Source of the DNA: the human T2T-CHM13v2.0 reference genome, Homo sapiens
Length of the DNA: 64,000 bases
Assembly (NCBI RefSeq): GCF_009914755.1
Contig: NC_060931.1
Strand: one strand, 5' to 3'
Shown here piece after piece: positions 50,901 through 64,000 of the stretch. The position numbers were made by a program, and so were the translations under genes. The notes under the pieces were generated by a model, which saw only the letters and a list, made by a program, of their open reading frames with translations, was not told the origin of the DNA and made no database searches. The first letter of the stretch is position 1, and every line of letters starts with the position of its first letter.

Positions 50901-53900
50901 GAGTTGAACCTTGCTTTAGAGAGAGCAGATTTGAAACACTCTTGCTGTGGCATTTTCAGGTGGAGATTTCAAGCGATTTGAGGACAATTGCAGAAAAGGA
51001 AATATCTTCGTATAATAACCAGACAGAATCATTCTCAGAAAGTGCTTTGTGATGTGTGCGTTCAACTCACAGAGTTTAACCTTTCTTTTCATAGAGGAGT
51101 TTGGAAACACACTGTTTGTAAAGTCTGCAAGTGGATATATGGACCTGTTTGAGGCCTTCGTTGGAAACGGGATTTCTTCATTGAATGCTAGACGGAAGAA
51201 TTCTCAGTAAATTCTTTGTGTTGTGTGCATTCAACTCACAGAGTGGAACGTCCCTTTAGACAGAGCAGATTTGAAACACTCTTTTTGCGGAATTTGCAAG
51301 TGGAGATTTCTAGCCATTTGATGCCAACAGTAGAAAGGGAAATATCTTCAAATAAAAACCAGACAGAATCATTCTCAGAAAATTCTTTGTGATGTGTGCG
51401 TTCAACTCACATAGTTTAACCTTTCTTTTCATAGAGCAGTTTGGAAACACTCTGTTTGTAAAGTCTGCAAGTGGATATATGGACCGCATTGAGGCCTTCG
51501 TTGGAAACGGGATTTCTTCATTTCATGCTAGACAGAAGAATTCTCAGTAACTTCTTTGTGCTGTGTGTATTCAACTCACAGAGTGGAACGTCCCTTTGCA
51601 CAGAGGAGATTTGAAACACTCTTTTTGTGGAGTTTGCAAGTGGAGATTTCAAGCGATTTGATGCCAACAGTAGAAAAGGAAATATCTTCAAATAAAAACT
51701 AGACAGAATCATTCTCAGAAACTACTTTGTGATGTGTGCCTTCAACTCACAGAGTTTAACCTTTCTTTTCTTAGAGCAGTTTAGAAACACTCTGCTTGTT
51801 ATGTCTGCAAGTGGATATTTGGACCTCTTTGAGGCCTTCGTTGCAAACGGGGTTTCTTCCTTTCATGCTAGACTAAGAAGAGTTCTCAGTAACTTTTTTG
51901 TGTTGTGTGTATTCAACTCACAGAGTTGAACCTTGCTTTAGAGAGAGCAGATTTGAAACACTCTTGCTGTGGCATTTTCAGGTGGAGATTTCAAGCGATT
52001 TGAGGACAATTGCAGAAAAGGAAATATCTTCGTATAATAACCAGACAGAATCATTCTCAGAAAGTGCTTTGTGATGTGTGCGTTCAACTCACAGAGTTTA
52101 ACCTTTCTTTTCATAGAGGAGTTTGGAAACACACTGTTTGTAAAGTCTGCAAGTGGATATATGGACCTGTTTGAGGCCTTCGTTGGAAACGGGATTTCTT
52201 CATTGAATGCTAGACGGAAGAATTCTCAGTAAATTCTTTGTGTTGTGTGCATTCAACTCACAGAGTGGAACGTCCCTTTAGACAGAGCAGATTTGAAACA
52301 CTCTTTTTGCGGAATTTGCAAGTGGAGATTTCTAGCCATTTGATGCCAACAGTAGAAAGGGAAATATCTTCAAATAAAAACCAGACAGAATCATTCTCAG
52401 AAAATTCTTTGTGATGTGTGCGTTCAACTCACATAGTTTAACCTTTCTTTTCATAGAGCAGTTTGGAAACACTCTGTTTGTAAAGTCTGCAAGTGGATAT
52501 ATGGACCGCATTGAGGCCTTCGTTGGAAACGGGATTTCTTCATTTCATGCTAGACAGAAGAATTCTCAGTAACTTCTTTGTGCTGTGTGTATTCAACTCA
52601 CAGAGTGGAACGTCCCTTTGCACAGAGCAGATTTGAAACACTCTTTTTGTGGAGTTTGCAAGTGGAGATTTCAAGCGATTTGATGCCAACAGTAGAAAAG
52701 GAAATATCTTCAAATAAAAACTAGACAGAATCATTCTCAGAAACTACTTTGTGATGTGTGCCTTCAACTCACAGAGTTCAACCTTTCTTTTCTTAGAGCA
52801 GTTTAGAAACACTCTGCTTGTTATGTCTGCAAGTGGATATTTGGACCTCTTTGAGGCCTTCGTTGCAAACGGGGTTTCTTCCTTTCATGCTAGACTAAGA
52901 AGAGTTCTCAGTAACTTTTTTGTGTTGTGTGTATTCAACTCACAGAGTTGAACCTTGCTTTAGAGAGAGCAGATTTGAAACACTCTTGCTGTGGCATTTT
53001 CAGGTGGAGATTTCAAGCGATTTGAGGACAATTGCAGAAAAGGAAATATCTTCGTATAATAACCAGACAGAATCATTCTCAGAAAGTGCTTTGTGATGTG
53101 TGCGTTCAACTCACAGAGTTTAACCTTTCTTTTCATAGAGGAGTTTGGAAACACACTGTTTGTAAAGTCTGCAAGTGGATATATGGACCTGTTTGAGGCC
53201 TTCGTTGGAAACGGGATTTCTTCATTGAATGCTAGACGGAAGAATTCTCAGTAAATTCTTTGTGTTGTGTGCATTCAACTCACAGAGTGGAACGTCCCTT
53301 TAGACAGAGCAGATTTGAAACACTCTTTTTGCGGAATTTGCAAGTGGAGATTTCTAGCCATTTGATGCCAACAGTAGAAAGGGAAATATCTTCAAATAAA
53401 AACCAGACAGAATCATTCTCAGAAAATTCTTTGTGATGTGTGCGTTCAACTCACATAGTTTAACCTTTCTTTTCATAGAGCAGTTTGGAAACACTCTGTT
53501 TGTAAAGTCTGCAAGTGGATATATGGACCGCATTGAGGCCTTCGTTGGAAACGGGATTTCTTCATTTCATGCTAGACAGAAGAATTCTCAGTAACTTCTT
53601 TGTGCTGTGTGTATTCAACTCACAGAGTGGAACGTCCCTTTGCACAGAGCAGATTTGAAACACTCTTTTTGTGGAGTTTGCCAGTGGAGATTTCAAGCGA
53701 TTTGATGCCAACAGTAGAAAAGGAAATATCTTCAAATAAAAACTAGACAGAATCATTCTCAGAAACTACTTTGTGATGTGTGCCTTCAACTCACAGAGTT
53801 CAACCTTTCTTTTCTTAGAGCAGTTTAGAAACACTCTGCTTGTTATGTCTGCAAGTGGATATTTGGACCTCTTTGAGGCCTTCGTTGCAAACGGGGTTTC

Positions 53901-56900
53901 TTCCTTTCATGCTAGACTAAGAAGAGTTCTCAGTAACTTTTTTGTGTTGTGTGTATTCAACTCACAGAGTTGAACCTTGCTTTAGAGAGAGCAGATTTGA
54001 AACACTCTTGTTGTGGCATTTTCAGGTGGAGATTTCAAGCGATTTGAGGACAATTGCAGAAAAGGAAATATCTTCGTATAATAACCAGACAGAATCATTC
54101 TCAGAAAGTGCTTTGTGATGTGTGCGTTCAACTCACAGAGTTTAACCTTTCTTTTCATAGAGGAGTTTGGAAACACACTGTTTGTAAAGTCTGCAAGTGG
54201 ATACATGGACCTGTTTGAGGCCTTCGTTGGAAACGGGATTTCTTCATTGAATGCTAGACGGAAGAATTCTCAGTAAATTCTTTGTGTTGTGTGCATTCAA
54301 CTCACAGAGTGGAACGTCCCTTTAGACAGAGCAGATTTGAAACACTCTTTTTGCGGAATTTGCAAGTGGAGATTTCTAGCCATTTGATGCCAACAGTAGA
54401 AAGGGAAATATCTTCAAATAAAAACCAGACAGAATCATTCTCAGAAAATTCTTTGTGATGTGTGCGTTCAACTCACATAGTTTAACCTTTCTTTTCATAG
54501 AGCAGTTTGGAAACACTCTGTTTGTAAAGTCTGCAAGTGGATATATGGACCGCATTGAGGCCTTCGTTGGAAACGGGATTTCTTCATTTCATGCTAGACA
54601 GAAGAATTCTCAGTAACTTCTTTGTGCTGTGTGTATTCAACTCACAGAGTGGAACGTCCCTTTGCACAGAGCAGATTTGAAACACTCTTTTTGTGGAGTT
54701 TGCAAGTGGAGATTTCAAGCGATTTGATGCCAACAGTAGAAAAGGAAATATCTTCAAATAAAAACTAGACAGAATCATTCTCAGAAACTACTTTGTGATG
54801 TGTGCCTTCAACTCACAGAGTTCAACCTTTCTTTTCTTAGAGCAGTTTAGAAACACTCTGCTTGTTATGTCTGCAAGTGGATATTTGGACCTCTTTGAGG
54901 CCTTCGTTGCAAACGGGGTTTCTTCCTTTCATGCTAGACTAAGAAGAGTTCTCAGTAACTTTTTTGTGTTGTGTGTATTCAACTCACAGAGTTGAACCTT
55001 GCTTTAGAGAGAGCAGATTTGAAACACTCTTGCTGTGGCATTTTCAGGTGGAGATTTCAAGCGATTTGAGGACAATTGCAGAAAAGGAAATATCTTCGTA
55101 TAATAACCAGACAGAATCATTCTCAGAAAGTGCTTTGTGATGTGTGCGTTCAACTCACAGAGTTTAACCTTTCTTTTCATAGAGGAGTTTGGAAACACAC
55201 TGTTTGTAAAGACTGCAAGTGGATATATGGACCTGTTTGAGGCCTTCGTTGGAAACGGGATTTCTTCATTGAATGCTAGACGGAAGAATTCTCAGTAAAT
55301 TCTTTGTGTTGTGTGCATTCAACTCACAGAGTGGAACGTCCCTTTAGACACAGCAGATTTGAAACACTCTTTTTGCGGAATTTGCAAGTGGAGATTTCTA
55401 GCCATTTGATGCCAACAGTAGAAAGGGAAATATCTTCAAATAAAAACCAGACAGAATCATTCTCAGAAAATTCTTTGTGATGTGTGCGTTCAACTCACAT
55501 AGTTTAACCTTTCTTTTCATAGAGCAGTTTGGAAACACTCTGTTTGTAAAGTCTGCAAGTGGATATATGGACCGCATTGAGGCCTTCGTTGGAAACGGGA
55601 TTTCTTCATTTCATGCTAGACAGAAGAATTCTCAGTAACTTCTTTGTGCTGTGTGTATTCAACTCACAGAGTGGAACGTCCCTTTGCACAGAGCAGATTT
55701 GAAACACTCTTTTTGTGGAGTTTGCAAGTGGAGATTTCAAGCGATTTGATGCCAACAGTAGAAAAGGAAATATCTTCAAATAAAAACTAGACAGAATCAT
55801 TCTCAGAAACTACTTTGTGATGTGTGCCTTCAACTCACAGAGTTCAACCTTTCTTTTCTTAGAGCAGTTTAGAAACACTCTGCTTGTTATGTCTGCAAGT
55901 GGATATTTGGACCTCTTTGAGGCCTTCGTTGCAAACGGGGTTTCTTCCTTTCATGCTAGACTAAGATGAGTTCTCAGTAACTTTTTTGTGTTGTGTGTAT
56001 TCAACTCACAGAGTTGAACCTTGCTTTAGAGAGAGCAGATTTGAAACACTCTTGCTGTGGCATTTTCAGGTGGAGATTTCAAGCGATTTGAGGACAATTG
56101 CAGAAAAGGAAATATCTTCGTATAATAACCAGACAGAATCATTCTCAGAAAGTGCTTTGTGATGTGTGCGTTCAACTCACAGAGTTTAACCTTTCTTTTC
56201 ATAGAGGAGTTTGGAAACACACTGTTTGTAAAGTCTGCAAGTGGATACATGGACCTGTTTGAGGCCTTCGTTGGAAACGGGATTTCTTCATTGAATGCTA
56301 GACGGAAGAATTCTCAGTAAATTCTTTGTGTTGTGTGCATTCAACTCACAGAGTGGAACGTCCCTTTAGACACAGCAGATTTGAAACACTCTTTTTGCGG
56401 AATTTGCAAGTGGAGATTTCTAGCCATTTGATGCCAACAGTAGAAAGGGAAATATCTTCAAATAAAAACCAGACAGAATCATTCTCAGAAAATTCTTTGT
56501 GATGTGTGCGTTCAACTCACATAGTTTAACCTTTCTTTTCATAGAGCAGTTTGGAAACACTCTGTTTGTAAAGTCTGCAAGTGGATATATGGACCGCATT
56601 GAGGCCTTCGTTGGAAACGGGATTTCTTCATTTCATGCTAGACAGAAGAATTCTCAGTAACTTCTTTGTGCTGTGTGTATTCAACTCACAGAGTGGAACG
56701 TCCCTTTGCACAGAGCAGATTTGAAACACTCTTTTTGTGGAGTTTGCAAGTGGAGATTTCAAGCGATTTGATGCCAACAGTAGAAAAGGAAATATCTTCA
56801 AATAAAAACTAGACAGAATCATTCTCAGAAACTACTTTGTGATGTGTGCCTTCAACTCACAGAGTTCAACCTTTCTTTTCTTAGAGCAGTTTAGAAACAC

Positions 56901-59373
56901 TCTGCTTGTTATGTCTGCAAGTGGATATTTGGACCTCTTTGAGGCCTTCGTTGCAAACGGGGTTTCTTCCTTTCATGCTAGACTAAGAAGAGTTCTCAGT
57001 AACTTTTTTGTGTTGTGTGTATTCAACTCACAGAGTTGAACCTTGCTTTAGAGAGAGCAGATTTGAAACACTCTTGCTGTGGCATTTTCAGGTGGAGATT
57101 TCAAGCGATTTGAGGACAATTGCAGAAAAGGAAATATCTTCGTATAATAACCAGACAGAATCATTCTCAGAAAGTGCTTTGTGATGTGTGCGTTCAACTC
57201 ACAGAGTTTAACCTTTCTTTTCATAGAGGAGTTTGGAAACACACTGTTTGTAAAGACTGCAAGTGGATATATGGACCTGTTTGAGGCCTTCGTTGGAAAC
57301 GGGATTTCTTCATTGAATGCTAGACGGAAGAATTCTCAGTAAATTCTTTGTGTTGTGTGCATTCAACTCACAGAGTGGAACGTCCCTTTAGACACAGCAG
57401 ATTTGAAACACTCTTTTTGCGGAATTTGCAAGTGGAGATTTCTAGCCATTTGATGCCAACAGTAGAAAGGGAAATATCTTCAAATAAAAACCAGACAGAA
57501 TCATTCTCAGAAAATTCTTTGTGATGTGTGCGTTCAACTCACATAGTTTAACCTTTCTTTTCATAGAGCAGTTTGGAAACACTCTGTTTGTAAAGTCTGC
57601 AAGTGGATATATGGACCGCATTGAGGCCTTCGTTGGAAACGGGATTTCTTCATTTCATGCTAGACAGAAGAATTCTCAGTAACTTCTTTGTGCTGTGTGT
57701 ATTCAACTCACAGAGTGGAACGTCCCTTTGCACAGAGCAGATTTGAAACACTCTTTTTGTGGAGTTTGCAAGTGGAGATTTCAAGCGATTTGATGCCAAC
57801 AGTAGAAAAGGAAATATCTTCAAATAAAAACTAGACAGAATCATTCTCAGAAACTACTTTGTGATGTGTGCCTTCAACTCACAGAGTTCAACCTTTCTTT
57901 TCTTAGAGCAGTTTAGAAACACTCTGCTTGTTATGTCTGCAAGTGGATATTTGGACCTCTTTGAGGCCTTCGTTGCAAACGGGGTTTCTTCCTTTCATGC
58001 TAGACTAAGATGAGTTCTCAGTAACTTTTTTGTGTTGTGTGTATTCAACTCACAGAGTTGAACCTTGCTTTAGAGAGAGCAGATTTGAAACACTCTTGCT
58101 GTGGCATTTTCAGGTGGAGATTTCAAGCGATTTGAGGACAATTGCAGAAAAGGAAATATCTTCGTATAATAACCAGACAGAATCATTCTCAGAAAGTGCT
58201 TTGTGATGTGTGCGTTCAACTCACAGAGTTTAACCTTTCTTTTCATAGAGGAGTTTGGAAACACACTGTTTGTAAAGTCTGCAAGTGGATACATGGACCT
58301 GTTTGAGGCCTTCGTTGGAAACGGGATTTCTTCATTGAATGCTAGACGGAAGAATTCTCAGTAAATTCTTTGTGTTGTGTGCATTCAACTCACAGAGTGG
58401 AACGTCCCTTTAGACAGAGCAGATTTGAAACACTCTTTTTGCGGAATTTGCAAGTGGAGATTTCTAGCCATTTGATGCCAACAGTAGAAAGGGAAATATC
58501 TTCAAATAAAAACCAGACAGAATCATTCTCAGAAAATTCTTTGTGATGTGTGCGTTCAACTCACATAGTTTAACCTTTCTTTTCATAGAGCAGTTTGGAA
58601 ACACTCTGTTTGTAAAGTCTGCAAGTGGATATATGGACCGCATTGAGGCCTTCGTTGGAAACGGGATTTCTTCATTTCATGCTAGACAGAAGAATTCTCA
58701 GTAACTTCTTTGTGCTGTGTGTATTCAACTCACAGAGTGGAACGTCCCTTTGCACAGAGCAGATTTGAAACACTCTTTTTGTGGAGTTTGCAAGTGGAGA
58801 TTTCAAGCGATTTGATGCCAACAGTAGAAAAGGAAATATCTTCAAATAAAAACTAGACAGAATCATTCTCAGAAACTACTTTGTGATGTGTGCCTTCAAC
58901 TCACAGAGTTCAACCTTTCTTTTCTTAGAGCAGTTTAGAAACACTCTGCTTGTTATGTCTGCAAGTGGATATTTGGACCTCTTTGAGGCCTTCGTTGCAA
59001 ACGGGGTTTCTTCCTTTCATGCTAGACTAAGAAGAGTTCTCAGTAACTTTTTTGTGTTGTGTGTATTCAACTCACAGAGTTGAACCTTGCTTTAGAGAGA
59101 GCAGATTTGAAACACTCTTGCTGTGGCATTTTCAGGTGGAGATTTCAAGCGATTTGAGGACAATTGCAGAAAAGGAAATATCTTCGTATAATAACCAGAC
59201 AGAATCATTCTCAGAAAGTGCTTTGTGATGTGTGCGTTCAACTCACAGAGTTTAACCTTTCTTTTCATAGAGGAGTTTGGAAACACACTGTTTGTAAAGA
59301 CTGCAAGTGGATATATGGACCTGTTTGAGGCCTTCGTTGGAAACGGGATTTCTTCATTTCATGCTAGACAGAA

Positions 59374-60055
59374 GAATTCTCAGTAACTTCTTTGTGCTGT
59401 GTGTATTCAACTCACAGAGTGGAACGTCCCTTTGCACAGAGCAGATTTGAAACACTCTTTTTGTGGAGTTTGCAAGTGGAGATTTCAAGCGATTTGATGC
59501 CAACAGTAGAAAAGGAAATATCTTCAAATAAAAACTAGACAGAATCATTCTCAGAAACTACTTTGTGATGTGTGCCTTCAACTCACAGAGTTTAACCTTT
59601 CTTTTCTTAGAGCAGTTTAGAAACACTCTGCTTGTTACGTCTGCAAGTGGATATTTGGACCTCTTTGAGGCCTTCGTTGCAAACGGGGTTTCTTCCTTTC
59701 ATGCTAGACTAAGAAGAGTTCTCAGTAACTTTTTTGTGTTGTGTGTATTCAACTCACAGAGTTGAACCTTGCTTTAGAGAGAGCAGATTTGAAACACTCT
59801 TGCTGTGGCATTTTCAGGTGGAGATTTCAAGCGATTTGAGGACAATTGCAGAAAAGGAAATATCTTCGTATAATAACCAGACAGAATCATTCTCAGAAAG
59901 TGCTTTGTGATGTGTGCGTTCAACTCACAGAGTTTAACCTTTCTTTTCATAGAGGAGTTTGGAAACACACTGTTTGTAAAGTCTGCAAGTGGATATATGG
60001 ACCTGTTTGAGGCCTTCGTTGGAAACGGGATTTCTTCATTGAATGCTAGACGGAA
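59374..60055 (+). repeat. 4-mer HOR variant type 2 (682 bp; c, d, e, f preceded by an f/b hybrid monomer)
   Basis: Anchor spacing 59092->59774; f-type 'GGACCTGTTTGAGG' runs through the CENP-B box into b-type 'CATTTCATGCTAGACAGAAG' and then monomer c. Confidence 0.95.
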
Positions 60056-63000
60056 GAATTCTCAGTAAATTCTTTGTGTTGTGTGCATTCAACTCACAGA
60101 GTGGAACGTCCCTTTAGACAGAGCAGATTTGAAACACTCTTTTTGCGGAATTTGCAAGTGGAGATTTCTAGCCATTTGATGCCAACAGTAGAAAGGGAAA
60201 TATCTTCAAATAAAAACCAGACAGAATCATTCTCAGAAAATTCTTTGTGATGTGTGCGTTCAACTCACATAGTTTAACCTTTCTTTTCATAGAGCAGTTT
60301 GGAAACACTCTGTTTGTAAAGTCTGCAAGTGGATATATGGACCGCATTGAGGCCTTCGTTGGAAACGGGATTTCTTCATTTCATGCTAGACAGAAGAATT
60401 CTCAGTAACTTCTTTGTGCTGTGTGTATTCAACTCACAGAGTGGAACGTCCCTTTGCACAGAGCAGATTTGAAACACTCTTTTTGTGGAGTTTGCAAGTG
60501 GAGATTTCAAGCGATTTGATGCCAACAGTAGAAAAGGAAATATCTTCAAATAAAAACTAGACAGAATCATTCTCAGAAACTACTTTGTGATGTGTGCCTT
60601 CAACTCACAGAGTTCAACCTTTCTTTTCTTAGAGCAGTTTAGAAACACTCTGCTTGTTATGTCTGCAAGTGGATATTTGGACCTCTTTGAGGCCTTCGTT
60701 GCAAACGGGGTTTCTTCCTTTCATGCTAGACTAAGAAGAGTTCTCAGTAACTTTTTTGTGTTGTGTGTATTCAACTCACAGAGTTGAACCTTGCTTTAGA
60801 GAGAGCAGATTTGAAACACTCTTGCTGTGGCATTTTCAGGTGGAGATTTCAAGAGATTTGAGGACAATTGCAGAAAAGGAAATATCTTCGTATAATAACC
60901 AGACAGAATCATTCTCAGAAAGTGCTTTGTGATGTGTGCGTTCAACTCACAGAGTTTAACCTTTCTTTTCATAGAGGAGTTTGGAAACACACTGTTTGTA
61001 AAGACTGCAAGTGGATATATGGACCTGTTTGAGGCCTTCGTTGGAAACGGGATTTCTTCATTGAATGCTAGACGGAAGAATTCTCAGTAAATTCTTTGTG
61101 TTGTGTGCATTCAACTCACAGAGTGGAACGTCCCTTTAGACACAGCAGATTTGAAACACTCTTTTTGCGGAATTTGCAAGTGGAGATTTCTAGCCATTTG
61201 ATGCCAACAGTAGAAAGGGAAATATCTTCAAATAAAAACCAGACAGAATCATTCTCAGAAAATTCTTTGTGATGTGTGCGTTCAACTCACATAGTTTAAC
61301 CTTTCTTTTCATAGAGCAGTTTGGAAACACTCTGTTTGTAAAGTCTGCAAGTGGATATATGGACCGCATTGAGGCCTTCGTTGGAAACGGGATTTCTTCA
61401 TTTCATGCTAGACAGAAGAATTCTCAGTAACTTCTTTGTGCTGTGTGTATTCAACTCACAGAGTGGAACGTCCCTTTGCACAGAGCAGATTTGAAACACT
61501 CTTTTTGTGGAGTTTGCAAGTGGAGATTTCAAGCGATTTGATGCCAACAGTAGAAAAGGAAATATCTTCAAATAAAAACTAGACAGAATCATTCTCAGAA
61601 ACTACTTTGTGATGTGTGCCTTCAACTCACAGAGTTCAACCTTTCTTTTCTTAGAGCAGTTTAGAAACACTCTGCTTGTTATGTCTGCAAGTGGATATTT
61701 GGACCTCTTTGAGGCCTTCGTTGCAAACGGGGTTTCTTCCTTTCATGCTAGACTAAGATGAGTTCTCAGTAACTTTTTTGTGTTGTGTGTATTCAACTCA
61801 CAGAGTTGAACCTTGCTTTAGAGAGAGCAGATTTGAAACACTCTTGCTGTGGCATTTTCAGGTGGAGATTTCAAGCGATTTGAGGACAATTGCAGAAAAG
61901 GAAATATCTTCGTATAATAACCAGACAGAATCATTCTCAGAAAGTGCTTTGTGATGTGTGCGTTCAACTCACAGAGTTTAACCTTTCTTTTCATAGAGGA
62001 GTTTGGAAACACACTGTTTGTAAAGTCTGCAAGTGGATACATGGACCTGTTTGAGGCCTTCGTTGGAAACGGGATTTCTTCATTGAATGCTAGACGGAAG
62101 AATTCTCAGTAAATTCTTTGTGTTGTGTGCATTCAACTCACAGAGTGGAACGTCCCTTTAGACACAGCAGATTTGAAACACTCTTTTTGCGGAATTTGCA
62201 AGTGGAGATTTCTAGCCATTTGATGCCAACAGTAGAAAGGGAAATATCTTCAAATAAAAACCAGACAGAATCATTCTCAGAAAATTCTTTGTGATGTGTG
62301 CGTTCAACTCACATAGTTTAACCTTTCTTTTCATAGAGCAGTTTGGAAACACTCTGTTTGTAAAGTCTGCAAGTGGATATATGGACCGCATTGAGGCCTT
62401 CGTTGGAAACGGGATTTCTTCATTTCATGCTAGACAGAAGAATTCTCAGTAACTTCTTTGTGCTGTGTGTATTCAACTCACAGAGTGGAACGTCCCTTTG
62501 CACAGAGCAGATTTGAAACACTCTTTTTGTGGAGTTTGCAAGTGGAGATTTCAAGCGATTTGATGCCAACAGTAGAAAAGGAAATATCTTCAAATAAAAA
62601 CTAGACAGAATCATTCTCAGAAACTACTTTGTGATGTGTGCCTTCAACTCACAGAGTTCAACCTTTCTTTTCTTAGAGCAGTTTAGAAACACTCTGCTTG
62701 TTATGTCTGCAAGTGGATATTTGGACCTCTTTGAGGCCTTCGTTGCAAACGGGGTTTCTTCCTTTCATGCTAGACTAAGAAGAGTTCTCAGTAACTTTTT
62801 TGTGTTGTGTGTATTCAACTCACAGAGTTGAACCTTGCTTTAGAGAGAGCAGATTTGAAACACTCTTGCTGTGGCATTTTCAGGTGGAGATTTCAAGCGA
62901 TTTGAGGACAATTGCAGAAAAGGAAATATCTTCGTATAATAACCAGACAGAATCATTCTCAGAAAGTGCTTTGTGATGTGTGCGTTCAACTCACAGAGTT

Positions 63001-64000
63001 TAACCTTTCTTTTCATAGAGGAGTTTGGAAACACACTGTTTGTAAAGACTGCAAGTGGATATATGGACCTGTTTGAGGCCTTCGTTGGAAACGGGATTTC
63101 TTCATTGAATGCTAGACGGAAGAATTCTCAGTAAATTCTTTGTGTTGTGTGCATTCAACTCACAGAGTGGAACGTCCCTTTAGACACAGCAGATTTGAAA
63201 CACTCTTTTTGCGGAATTTGCAAGTGGAGATTTCTAGCCATTTGATGCCAACAGTAGAAAGGGAAATATCTTCAAATAAAAACCAGACAGAATCATTCTC
63301 AGAAAATTCTTTGTGATGTGTGCGTTCAACTCACATAGTTTAACCTTTCTTTTCATAGAGCAGTTTGGAAACACTCTGTTTGTAAAGTCTGCAAGTGGAT
63401 ATATGGACCGCATTGAGGCCTTCGTTGGAAACGGGATTTCTTCATTTCATGCTAGACAGAAGAATTCTCAGTAACTTCTTTGTGCTGTGTGTATTCAACT
63501 CACAGAGTGGAACGTCCCTTTGCACAGAGCAGATTTGAAACACTCTTTTTGTGGAGTTTGCAAGTGGAGATTTCAAGCGATTTGATGCCAACAGTAGAAA
63601 AGGAAATATCTTCAAATAAAAACTAGACAGAATCATTCTCAGAAACTACTTTGTGATGTGTGCCTTCAACTCACAGAGTTCAACCTTTCTTTTCTTAGAG
63701 CAGTTTAGAAACACTCTGCTTGTTATGTCTGCAAGTGGATATTTGGACCTCTTTGAGGCCTTCGTTGCAAACGGGGTTTCTTCCTTTCATGCTAGACTAA
63801 GATGAGTTCTCAGTAACTTTTTTGTGTTGTGTGTATTCAACTCACAGAGTTGAACCTTGCTTTAGAGAGAGCAGATTTGAAACACTCTTGCTGTGGCATT
63901 TTCAGGTGGAGATTTCAAGCGATTTGAGGACAATTGCAGAAAAGGAAATATCTTCGTATAATAACCAGACAGAATCATTCTCAGAAAGTGCTTTGTGATG

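Larger units (their letters stand above)
1..64000 (+). repeat. Centromeric alpha-satellite HOR array, 1022-bp 6-mer, dimeric (SF1-type); probably human chr7 D7Z1
   Basis: Seen: ~171-bp monomers with alphoid motifs (CATTCTCAGAAA, TTCAACTCACAGAG, TTTGAAACACTC); near-exact 1022-bp periodicity (ORF anchors 836, 1858, 3562, 4584...); CENP-B box every ~340 bp; EcoRI sites at 96, 436, 1118 giving 340+682-bp fragments. Knowledge: D7Z1 is an SF1 6-mer with ~340/680-bp EcoRI fragments. Alpha-satellite identity is near certain; the chromosome assignment is about 0.8. Confidence 0.98.

Noticed and set aside
416-63636. Recurrent 63-87 aa ORFs on both strands
   Set aside because: They are chance open frames in satellite DNA repeated with the HOR, many with GTG or other alternative starts, no recognisable domain, and they appear or vanish with single SNVs. 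Used only as coordinate anchors.
1-64000. CRISPR-like or prokaryotic repeat-spacer system
   Set aside because: There are no unique spacers and no cas genes; the DNA between conserved motifs is itself repeated alphoid sequence.
1-64000. Transposon insertion, inversion or foreign sequence hidden in the array
   Set aside because: All anchor intervals are 1022, 682 or 1018 bp and sum exactly across 836-63862, and the strand orientation never flips, leaving no room for an insertion.
1-64000. Assignment to the chr1/5/19 shared SF1 array
   Set aside because: From recall, that family has different diagnostic strings (e.g. GAACGATCCTTTACAC, CAGCCGCTTTGAGG) that are not seen here; D7Z1 fits better. 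HMM-based HOR classification would settle it.
1-64000. Claim that this window is the CENP-A/kinetochore site
   Set aside because: High homogeneity and dense CENP-B boxes indicate an active-type array, but kinetochore position is epigenetic and cannot be read from sequence.

Overview
The whole 64 kb window is one uninterrupted, single-orientation primate alpha-satellite higher-order repeat (HOR) array. The unit is a 1022-bp 6-mer (monomers a-f of 171/169/171/171/171/169 bp) with a CENP-B box in every second monomer. This dimeric SF1-type layout, with 340/682-bp EcoRI periodicity, fits the human chromosome 7 active array D7Z1; that assignment rests on recalled architecture and is not database-checked. 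Between anchors 836 and 63862 there are 55 six-mers (one interval 4 bp short) and ten 682-bp 4-mer deletion variants of two distinct kinds. I saw no genes, transposons, inversions or CRISPR, and the listed ORFs are repeat artefacts. I found no novel protein-coding system. The interesting content is the array's recombination history, readable from rare shared SNVs: nested duplications with offsets of 2044, 2726, 5792, 8176 and 13288 bp, a mosaic deletion junction, a deletion whose crossover window covers a CENP-B box, and a diverged seam at about 38-42 kb between two haplotype domains. All SNVs were read by eye, so some may have been missed.
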